This document shows, one piece after another, positions 56,195 through 63,966 of a stretch of 64,000 nt of DNA (the first letter of the stretch is position 1; each line of letters starts with the position of its first letter). The notes beneath the pieces were generated by a model, which ran no database searches, had not been told where the DNA came from, and saw only the letters and a list, made by a program, of their open reading frames with translations. The stretch spans positions 89,826-153,825 of the forward strand of contig JAJRZS010000018.1 in NCBI GenBank assembly GCA_024275135.1, in the 5' to 3' direction. The translations under genes and the position numbers were made by a program. The stretch is from Planctomycetota bacterium (GTDB lineage: Bacteria; Planctomycetota; UBA1135).

Positions 56195-59100
56195 TTAGTT
56201 CTTCCAAACAATGCCCAGGCCGTCCAATTCAGGACGCAAGCCCAAGTCGGGATTGGCCAGGAAGGTCACCCGCACTTGGAAGTAGCGGAATCCTTGTCCT
56301 TCCAAGGTGGTGATGTCGGTGGTCCATGGAGTTGGGGTACTGACGGTGCCAATACCATTGCTGTCTCCGTAGGCATCAAACGGGGTATCCGCAGCGGTCA
56401 ATGGGGATGGGTTCACACTGGGATCTCCAAAGTGGCTCACCGATGCCGTTGCTCGGTACTCCACGACAATGGACGTGCCTACTGGCTGGTTTGCGTTATC
56501 CGGTTCCAAAACCACGCCACGAATATCGCCCGTGTTTAGAACGGTGCCCATGTCGAACCAGTGGCTGTAAATGCGCGACACATCCACCGCGAAATCGGCT
56601 TGCGCCCAATAGATGAGGTCGTCGCCTTGTGTTGGGGTGGGCGCTCCCCCTGGCAGGTAACCACCGGTTGGGATGGTGCCACCGGCAGCGGGGTTGTCCG
56701 GCTGAATAAGGTGCCACAGGCCAGAGCCATCTTGGCCACCAGAAGACCAGATGCGGTAGTTCACTAGGATGTTGCCCACAGGTAGCATCTTCGTGACCGA
56801 AAAGCTATTCAAGCCCAGGCTCTCACTCTGCGGATAGGTGCGGAAGCGAGCCAACAGTGGTAATCCAACTGACGGCACCAATTCCGGCCCCCACTGCAAC
56901 AATGCGCCGGTATCCACCTGGTACTGCAAATTGGGCGAACCCTGGGAACCAGCAGCGCCACCCAGATAGCCCTGGGGAATGGTGGTATCTCGCCAGACAT
57001 AGTTGGTGGTGAAATCCGGCCAAGGCATGAAGGGAGTGCCATTGCTGGTGAACAATTCGATGGCGTTTGCGGTGTAAGAATTGCGGAACACCTCGACCTC
57101 ATCCACCCCGGAGCTACCATCGGCCGTGAATCCCAAAATGTTGTCGTCGAAAGCGGTGGTGACTAAGCCTGAATTGGGAAACACCGTGGCGCCAGTCAAA
57201 GGATCCAAATATTCGTCTGGGAGGTAAAGAGATGTGGCAAAGGAAAGCGAAATCTCGTTGAAGGTCTCGTCGAAAACCACACCAGCATTGGGCGCCCAAT
57301 TGAAACCCTCGACGGTCATGTTGTATTCGGTGATATCGGGGTAGCCAAACCCAAACTCCTGAGGACGATAAAGATGCATCACCACCGCACCGGCCGGATT
57401 TAATGGTTCGTTGACCGGAGGATTGCTAAAACGATTCGACATCGCCTGGCTGGAAGAATCCGCTGCCCGCGAGAATCGGGTCGGCAAGCGCCCTGATAAG
57501 GAGCTACCTAAAACACTGACTTGTCCAGACCATTCGGCCTGCGAATCTCCGTCTTCATCCAAGGAGGAGCCAAAGAGCCCAAAGTATTTCACGTTTTGAT
57601 CAGCGGTGTTTAATGGATCGTGAAATACCGAAATTTGCATGTTTTGATCGTTGTTCCCCGCGACAAACCCCGTGAGATTGAGGGGGTTGCCCGACAGATC
57701 GTGAATGCCGTCTATGCCCCCACGTAAGGCCACCACATATTGCTCGAAGGCATCGGTGGGATCGGGGTCAATCCAGCCGGACACTGGTGACAAAGTGAAG
57801 CGGCGACTGCCGTCGGTGTTTTCGATGGTGCCAAATAAAATACGACCACCGAATTCAGACAGCGCATCGGCTCCATTGAGAACGGGGCGGTAATCATAGC
57901 CACGTTGACGATCGATAAAGTCGCCCACCGTTTCCGCGGTTTCCACCTGGCGAAACCAGGCAGCCTCGATTTCCTTGCTGGTGGAAGGAGCCGCCGCATC
58001 ATCCGGAGACGCAATCACGAAAGTGCTCATCGAGCGCACGGAATTGGTGTCGATGGGTTCATCAAAACGAATGGACACGGTGGCGTGCTCATCAATGTTG
58101 CCCACCGGCATGGCACCAAACGGGGGTGGTTGGATTTCCAAATAACAAGCCTGCACCAAAGCGTCTTGTGGCGTGTAGCGGGTGGTGTAGCGAGCGGGAA
58201 CGGCGGTTGCTCCAAGCACGAGGAGCGGGTCGGTAGTTTCGATAACCGCGCGCACCGAGTAGTTGTTTGGATCAGCACTGTTGATGACATCCGTCACCAT
58301 CAAAATGCCGGTTCCAACCTCAAAAACATCGCCGACTTTCGGAGCCAAAGGTTTGCAATTGGCAGCATCAATGGTGTAGAGAAAATCAATTACCGAGGCG
58401 CTCAATGCGGTAATGGTGTTAATAGTTGCAGCCTGCACGCCCAAGAGGTTGGGACGGCTGTTATCCAACAAGAAACCGTTGAATGCGTCCAGGCTATTGC
58501 CGGTGCGAGCGGCGCGCACCAACACGCGGGAAAAGCCATTGGACTCGAAAGGCTCCGTTTGCGGGTCTTTCACCGACGGATAATGCTTTCCATCCAAACT
58601 GGTCAAGACGCGAGGCTGTCCTAGCAGCGGATCGGGTTCGGTTGGGATTTTGATGGCCAAGTTCGCACTTACACCATCTGCGGACTCGGGAAAGCCAATC
58701 GCATTTTGCGGAACCGCTTCATTGGCGGCCTCCAGCGCGGAAACCGTGGTGTCGAAGTAAACGTAGCCTTTGCCGGCAACAGGATCATTCTTCACCAAAT
58801 AACGACCAGTAAACGAAAGTAAGGGTGGGTTGCCAGTGAAGACTTGAATGGTGGTGAAGTCCACGGTGGCTGGATCCACTTGTTCAGAAAAAGCCAAGCG
58901 CAAAGTGGCGTTCCGCGCCACTTCGGTGAAGGGCGGCGCGGACTGGATGCTTTTATCAATCACATGCTCCAAGTTGGATTTGGCCGTTGCCAGCAAGGAG
59001 AGAAAATTTGGGGTACCCGCATCTTGCAGAATCGTGAGGGTTTCCTTTTGGCTGACCGGGTTGGTGTCGATTTGGAAATTCACCCCATCCGACTCCAGCA

Positions 59101-59311
59101 GATGGCTAATCAGCACATCGCTTTCGTACAGCACGCCATTGCGATCGCGCACATCCACTAAGCGCCCCCAATCCACGCTCTCCAAAAACAAACCAAGCGA
59201 GGATTGGTTATTGCTGTCGAGGCCTCCTGGGCCGGAAGCAGAGAGGCAGCCCCCGGCGAGGAGGGCGGCAAGGGCAAGGCCGAGAGCGGCAAAGCGTGCA
59301 AGGATGTTCAT
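56195..59311 (-). CDS. Giant lipoprotein (~1038 aa), family 2
   Basis: MNILARFAALGLALAALLAGGC. Modules ATLRLAFSEQVDPATVDFTTIQV and ATVSIRFDEPIDTNSVRSMSTFVI. Shares PWPDFTT, WSSGGQDG and SHWFD blocks with 53082-56192. Confidence 0.85.
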   Translation of the reverse strand: MNILARFAALGLALAALLAGGCLSASGPGGLDSNNQSSLGLFLESVDWGRLVDVRDRNGVLYESDVLISHLLESDGVNFQIDTNPVSQKETLTILQDAGTPNFLSLLATAKSNLEHVIDKSIQSAPPFTEVARNATLRLAFSEQVDPATVDFTTIQVFTGNPPLLSFTGRYLVKNDPVAGKGYVYFDTTVSALEAANEAVPQNAIGFPESADGVSANLAIKIPTEPDPLLGQPRVLTSLDGKHYPSVKDPQTEPFESNGFSRVLVRAARTGNSLDAFNGFLLDNSRPNLLGVQAATINTITALSASVIDFLYTIDAANCKPLAPKVGDVFEVGTGILMVTDVINSADPNNYSVRAVIETTDPLLVLGATAVPARYTTRYTPQDALVQACYLEIQPPPFGAMPVGNIDEHATVSIRFDEPIDTNSVRSMSTFVIASPDDAAAPSTSKEIEAAWFRQVETAETVGDFIDRQRGYDYRPVLNGADALSEFGGRILFGTIENTDGSRRFTLSPVSGWIDPDPTDAFEQYVVALRGGIDGIHDLSGNPLNLTGFVAGNNDQNMQISVFHDPLNTADQNVKYFGLFGSSLDEDGDSQAEWSGQVSVLGSSLSGRLPTRFSRAADSSSQAMSNRFSNPPVNEPLNPAGAVVMHLYRPQEFGFGYPDITEYNMTVEGFNWAPNAGVVFDETFNEISLSFATSLYLPDEYLDPLTGATVFPNSGLVTTAFDDNILGFTADGSSGVDEVEVFRNSYTANAIELFTSNGTPFMPWPDFTTNYVWRDTTIPQGYLGGAAGSQGSPNLQYQVDTGALLQWGPELVPSVGLPLLARFRTYPQSESLGLNSFSVTKMLPVGNILVNYRIWSSGGQDGSGLWHLIQPDNPAAGGTIPTGGYLPGGAPTPTQGDDLIYWAQADFAVDVSRIYSHWFDMGTVLNTGDIRGVVLEPDNANQPVGTSIVVEYRATASVSHFGDPSVNPSPLTAADTPFDAYGDSNGIGTVSTPTPWTTDITTLEGQGFRYFQVRVTFLANPDLGLRPELDGLGIVWKN

Positions 59312-59444
59312 CCTGGAGAGGTGGGTCACGGTTTCCATGTGGATTGGGGACGTACGGTTGCGCTGCACCGAGGGCCCTATCGTAGAAACTTCAGGCCAAG
59401 TCCGCTGTATCTATACGAGCAATTCCCATACCAATCCCAGAAAT

Positions 59445-59469
59445 GCCCCTCAGAGGCTCTAGCAGGGGC
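59445..59469 (-). terminator. Weak hairpin after pyrB-like gene
   Basis: GCCCCU / AGGGGC 6-bp stem with a 13-nt loop, followed by AUUUCU on the minus strand. Confidence 0.25.
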
Positions 59470-59525
59470 AGGAGCGCCCAGAGCGTGCGTTTTTGCACAC
59501 CCCACGCCCACTCCTCCCATTCCTC

Positions 59526-60848
59526 CTAGCCACCCCATTGATAACCCGCCCGCTCGGCGTCTTGCCGACTCAGGAAAGGTTGCAAATTCTCGGGGCGAAT
59601 ACGGTGGGCCGCGGCCGAAGACAAGGCGTGGACCTTGTTTGTGGACCGACAACCTGCGTACTCCACCTGCAGCAAGGTGTCGCAAAAGGCACAGAGAAAG
59701 CTGCGTCGCTTGCTCCCAATCAGCCGCCAGGGGGCACTCAACCCCTCCTCATGGCTTACACAGTTGGCGTTGGGACAGGGGCCAAGGCGGTGATCCGCAT
59801 TTCCCGTGGGTACCGGAGTGAGGGGTGGAAGTGGCCAACGGTCTTGGCGCAACATCGCTAAAAAAACGGCTTGGCGCACCACCGGCCCCAACCTGGCCTG
59901 CTCGAAGTAGCAGGCACGGGGGTCGTCGTCGATGCTCGGCGGCAACTCCGCCAACCGCGGCAAGGGGTGCAGCAGTTTGCAAGTGGCCAACAAGGGGTTT
60001 TGCAGTTGGGCTGGAGTGATTCCGGGGTAGGAGCCCTGGCCGATATCAGCGCCTCGCTCCACCTGCATGCGGGTGAGATAGAGCGCATCCAACTTGTCGA
60101 CCTCCGGCACATCTTCCAAAAACAGCGATTTTTGCACCAGCCCTTTGGGTTCAAGGATGCGCGCTTCTTGATTGCCCGTCCAATCACCAAACAAGGGGTG
60201 CTTGCCCCAGCGCAAACGATAGTCGAAGCGATCCAGCAAACGACGCTCGAAACTGGCCTCCCAATCCAAGCCCTGCCCCGGCAAAAGCACAATCCGTACC
60301 TGCAACATGGCCAAGGCCCAAACCAAAGAACGTGCGGTTCGACCATGACGCAAATCCCCCATGACCCCCAGCGTGCGCCCGGCAAAATCTCCCCAAGCGC
60401 GATGCAAGGTGTACAAATCCAACAAGGTTTGGGTGGGGTGGCCAAGGCGGCCGTCTCCGCCGTTGACAATAGGTACATCGGTAGCTTGGCTGGCAAGGCG
60501 GGAAGCCCCGTCGCGCGCATGGCGGAGCACGAGCAAATCGGCATAGCCTCCAATCACTTTGGCCATATCCGCCAAACTTTCCCCCTTGGCATTGCTGGAT
60601 GATTTTGCATCGGCCACCGTCAGCACGGAAGCTCCCAGCCGATGGGCAGCAGCTTCAAAGGAAAGGCGAGTGCGGGTGGAAGGCTCGGCAAAAACGGTGG
60701 CAATCATCACTCCACGCAAGGCAACTTCAAAATCGCTTGGCCGCGCCGCAAGCTCTTCTACACGCTGAAAAAACGCCTGTAAAAACGAAGGGTTCAGGGC
60801 TTCCGAAGAATGCAGGCCCTCCATCACCGGCAACAGACGCATTGCCAT
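59526..60848 (-). CDS. pyrB: Aspartate carbamoyltransferase catalytic chain fused to a PyrI-type zinc domain
   Basis: FAEPSTRTRLSFE, HPTQTLLD, HPLPR catalytic motifs. C-terminal CPNANCVSHEE...LCAFCD matches the PyrI Zn-domain pattern CPNxNCIxxxE...CxYC. Confidence 0.85.
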   Translation of the reverse strand: MAMRLLPVMEGLHSSEALNPSFLQAFFQRVEELAARPSDFEVALRGVMIATVFAEPSTRTRLSFEAAAHRLGASVLTVADAKSSSNAKGESLADMAKVIGGYADLLVLRHARDGASRLASQATDVPIVNGGDGRLGHPTQTLLDLYTLHRAWGDFAGRTLGVMGDLRHGRTARSLVWALAMLQVRIVLLPGQGLDWEASFERRLLDRFDYRLRWGKHPLFGDWTGNQEARILEPKGLVQKSLFLEDVPEVDKLDALYLTRMQVERGADIGQGSYPGITPAQLQNPLLATCKLLHPLPRLAELPPSIDDDPRACYFEQARLGPVVRQAVFLAMLRQDRWPLPPLTPVPTGNADHRLGPCPNANCVSHEEGLSAPWRLIGSKRRSFLCAFCDTLLQVEYAGCRSTNKVHALSSAAAHRIRPENLQPFLSRQDAERAGYQWGG

Positions 60849-60889
60849 AGGATACCATCGCTTCGAACTTCTTGCCTATCGGCCGCAAC

Positions 60890-61216
60890 TCAATTCACCC
60901 GATAAGCGAAGCCAAAAGCGTCAAGCTCTGCCAGTAGCTCTTGTTGGATGTTGGAAACGAAGGTGAAGCGCAGTTGAAAATACCGGCGTCCGTCTTGCAC
61001 CAATTCAGCTGGATCGGAATACCAATCAGACGGGGTAGAAAGGATGCCGCAGCCACGGTAATCCGCATAGGCATCAAAATTGGTGCTGGCATCGTTTAAG
61101 GGGGTGGACGAAACGCATCCAGACACGCTGATGGAATCGACCGAACGGAACTGAACTTCCACCGAAGTCCCGGGATTGGATTGCGCCAAAGAGGGCTCGA
61201 TGGTGAGACTGGACAT
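60890..61216 (-). pseudogene. Orphan copy of the C-terminal ~108-aa module of giant lipoprotein 53082-56192 (remnant or stand-alone domain ORF)
   Basis: Gap-free hand alignment to codons encoded by 53082-53408 gives 93/108 aa identical. No signal peptide, no upstream homology beyond ~61240, no SD. Confidence 0.6.
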
Positions 61217-61234
61217 GAAAGCCAAGTTGCCGAT

Positions 61235-62269
61235 CTAGTCGAGCAAGCAGCGAAGCGCCAAGTTTTGCTGCTCGCCAATGGGAATCAGCCCATGCCTAGG
61301 TGGTGGAGGTCCAAGGCGCTGGAGAAAAACCTCCTCCACCTTCTTTGTCCAAGCCAGCCCCTGGTTTATATCTCCCACCAAATCGGGCTCCAGCTGAAAC
61401 TGCTTGGGCTCCCAGGCCATCCCCTCCTCGGCATGCTGCACCAGCACCAAATCCCAGGGCCGCCTTTGCTCCATTTGCGCCAACAGCAAGGAAGATGGGG
61501 CAACACGCGCATCCAATACCCAAATCACCGCCCACGCCTGCTCCAGCTCGCGCTGCGTCATGGCCATGGCCGCTAGTTCCAACTCATCGCTTGTCCGTTC
61601 CAGCCCGGCGCTATCGACGAAACGAATAAGGAAGGCATCTTCTCCTTGCCCCACCAACAATTCGGCTTCGACCATATCCCGCGTGGTTCCTGCCTGCTCA
61701 TGCACGGTAGCCAAGGCCGCATGATTCCACAGGTTGAACAGCGAGGATTTTCCCGCATTGGGCGGCCCGGCCAACAGCACCCGTGGCGGGTTCAACACCA
61801 ACTGCCCCCAAGTTTGCCACTGCAGCATTTCCTCCACCGCAAGCCGACGTTGGGCTCGGGGCAGAGCTCGAAGCGAGGTCAATTTTTTGGCAAAAGCCTC
61901 TTCCTGATGGGCGGCAAACAAACGCAAGGCCAGGGGGGAACTAGCCTTCCACAAAGCTGTGGGGTCGGCATCGTTGTCCATGTCCAACTCCCTCCAACCA
62001 CGCTTTTGCAAAAAAGAGCGAAAGGCGGCGGCCACACCAAAGCCACCATGCAGATGGCACTCCACAACTTCCTTTGCCGACTCCGGGGCGGGGTGCCGGC
62101 GCCACAACAAGCCCTGGTCAAAGCGAAAGGCACGTCGGCAAAGACCAAACTCACCGGCGGCAGACGGCAGCTCCTCGGCAAAAAGGGCGCGCAGCTGGGT
62201 CAAGCTCCCCTCCAATTGCCAAATCGACAAAGCACTCGTCCCAGGCGCGGACAAACGGCGGAATTTCAT
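61235..62269 (-). CDS. MnmE-like GTPase, divergent and C-terminally short
   Basis: MnmE-like N-domain (LSAPGTSALSIWQLEG, ECHLHGG), G1 GPPNAGKSSLFN, G2 AGTTRD, G3 DSAG. No NKxD and no C-terminal CIGK region. ATGA overlap with the coaX stop. Confidence 0.6.
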   Translation of the reverse strand: MKFRRLSAPGTSALSIWQLEGSLTQLRALFAEELPSAAGEFGLCRRAFRFDQGLLWRRHPAPESAKEVVECHLHGGFGVAAAFRSFLQKRGWRELDMDNDADPTALWKASSPLALRLFAAHQEEAFAKKLTSLRALPRAQRRLAVEEMLQWQTWGQLVLNPPRVLLAGPPNAGKSSLFNLWNHAALATVHEQAGTTRDMVEAELLVGQGEDAFLIRFVDSAGLERTSDELELAAMAMTQRELEQAWAVIWVLDARVAPSSLLLAQMEQRRPWDLVLVQHAEEGMAWEPKQFQLEPDLVGDINQGLAWTKKVEEVFLQRLGPPPPRHGLIPIGEQQNLALRCLLD

Positions 62270-62982
62270 TCTGCTTGAACGCGTGCCATGCGGTGGAGTG
62301 CATGCAAAACCAAATGATCGTGCCTTCGCCAACCGGGCAAATAAGCCTCCAAGTGGTGGGCATCACCCCCACTCAAAATCAAAGAAGCAGGCCCAAGCGC
62401 AGACAAAAAATCCTGAGCCAAGGCGGCCACAGCATAAGCCAAGGCGCGCTTGGTACCGGCAGTGACCGCGGCTGCGGTATGCGTTGGGATGCCCACGCTT
62501 GCCTCTTCTTCCGCCATTGCCAAATGCGGACAAGCCGTGGCCAAAGCTTTTTCTTGCAAACCCAAGCCTGCACCAATCGCACCACCATGGAAGCGCCCCT
62601 CGGCGTCCATGGCATCCACCGTAAACGCCGTGCCACAATCCGCCACCACCACCGCCCCAGCACAGAGTTGCCACGCCTCATAGCTGGCAAGGATGCGATC
62701 AATGCCGGTGCCTGTACTCAACACCTGCACAGCGGTGGGCACCGCCGCAAGCTCCACTTGCCAATTGGGAGGCAACAGCGAATGGATTGATGACCATCCC
62801 TGCGCCGAGCTGCATGCCAGCAGGACTCTTGCCGAGGGAAAGCGAAGCGCAAACTTACGCAGCCGATCTTGCTCCGCAGCCTCACGCCAAGCAAAGTTCT
62901 GCACGGGCTCCAACGACGGCGTAGCCAGTTTCAACCCCCAATTGCCGAGGTCGGCAACAAAATCAAACGGGGATGCGGTCAT
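62266..62982 (-). CDS. coaX: Type III pantothenate kinase
   Basis: ADLGNWGLKLA, VVVADCGTAFTVDAMDAEGRFHGGAIGAGL, TAAAVTAG patterns. Confidence 0.85.
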   Translation of the reverse strand: MTASPFDFVADLGNWGLKLATPSLEPVQNFAWREAAEQDRLRKFALRFPSARVLLACSSAQGWSSIHSLLPPNWQVELAAVPTAVQVLSTGTGIDRILASYEAWQLCAGAVVVADCGTAFTVDAMDAEGRFHGGAIGAGLGLQEKALATACPHLAMAEEEASVGIPTHTAAAVTAGTKRALAYAVAALAQDFLSALGPASLILSGGDAHHLEAYLPGWRRHDHLVLHALHRMARVQAE

Positions 62983-63966
62983 TTAGCGCGGCAGGCGGAA
63001 AGTGAGTTGCCGCACCCCCCCAAGCCGTTCGACTTTGACCCTTAAGGTGTCGGTGTCCATCTCGCGCAGGGAAGCGAAGAGTTGATCGCGGTCGACCGTC
63101 GGCTCTCCATTCACCTCGAGCACTATGTCGTCAGCGCGCAAGCCTAAACGGGCAAAAACACTACCTTCCGGAATCCTACGGATGCGCAAACCGCGCACCT
63201 CTTTGGACAGAGGGTCGCGCACCAAACGCAAAGGCACTGCAGACAAAATTTCTTCCTGCGACATCTCCTGAATCTGGGCGACATCTTGTTGGCCCACGGC
63301 ATAAACCCCCGGCTCGATTTCTTGGGTGGTCTGCGGGGTGGGGATTTTCACCCCACCATGGGAGCGTCCTTGGGGATCGATGGGGCGCGAGGAAGATAGA
63401 GCACTGGCAAAGACTTGGCTGCTATCAACCTCAAAGGAAAACGCATGCACCTGCAGCACTTCGCCACTATCCAACACCTTAATCTGCACTTCCCCAGGTT
63501 TCACCGCCAGGAGCTGCAAATCCAAGCCCGCTTTGGTTGCGAGTTGAAACTTTTGCCCAACCGTCAGTAAATCACCAGCGATGACTTGATCGGTGGAGCG
63601 TTCACCGCGCCCTTGAATCCAAGCCGCCGTCGGTGCCTGAATCCACGGCACCTCAATATCTTCCGGGGCAATGCGTGGTTTGGGTTTTTGCACATCGCTG
63701 GTTTCCACCACGGGCGGCGGTGGAACATAGCCAGTGATGTTCAAATCTTGCAGCACCTTGTAGCGTTCATAGGGCAATAGATGCCCACCGAGACGCGCAC
63801 TCTCAATGGCGCCAAAGGTGGATTCCAATTGCGCCATCGACAGCTTGCGTACCAAGCTATCTTGATGCTGGACGAAGTCGTACATTTTCCAACCAAAGCC
63901 TCCTAAGGTTGATAGGCCGACTAGGACCAGCACTAGGCGCAGCAACTTTTCGTTCACGTAGGCCAT
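62983..63966 (-). CDS. GspC-like bitopic protein with C-terminal PDZ domain
   Basis: N-terminal TM (LLRLVLVLVGLSTLGGFGW). C-terminal PDZ GLRIRRIPEGSVFARLGLRADDIVLEVNGEPTVD...LRVKVERLG. Directly abuts the coaX start. Confidence 0.55.
   Translation of the reverse strand: MAYVNEKLLRLVLVLVGLSTLGGFGWKMYDFVQHQDSLVRKLSMAQLESTFGAIESARLGGHLLPYERYKVLQDLNITGYVPPPPVVETSDVQKPKPRIAPEDIEVPWIQAPTAAWIQGRGERSTDQVIAGDLLTVGQKFQLATKAGLDLQLLAVKPGEVQIKVLDSGEVLQVHAFSFEVDSSQVFASALSSSRPIDPQGRSHGGVKIPTPQTTQEIEPGVYAVGQQDVAQIQEMSQEEILSAVPLRLVRDPLSKEVRGLRIRRIPEGSVFARLGLRADDIVLEVNGEPTVDRDQLFASLREMDTDTLRVKVERLGGVRQLTFRLPR

Noticed and set aside
39318-59311. Known sorting signals on the giant lipoproteins (PEP-CTERM, T9SS C-terminal domain, LPXTG, autotransporter barrel), and nucleotide tandem repeats or CRISPR-like arrays in their Gly-rich regions
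   Set aside because: The C-termini (…SFDYLGD, …KLPIAW, …FAYTTN, …GIVWKN) fit none of these signals. The GGN-rich stretches are irregular coding low complexity with no repeat-spacer periodicity.
53082-61225. Diversity-generating retroelement (template/variable repeat pair) as the explanation for the duplicated 327-bp module (53082-53408 vs 60890-61216)
   Set aside because: Differences are spread over all base types and are mostly third-position silent changes in both directions, not adenine-specific. No reverse transcriptase ORF is present in the window.
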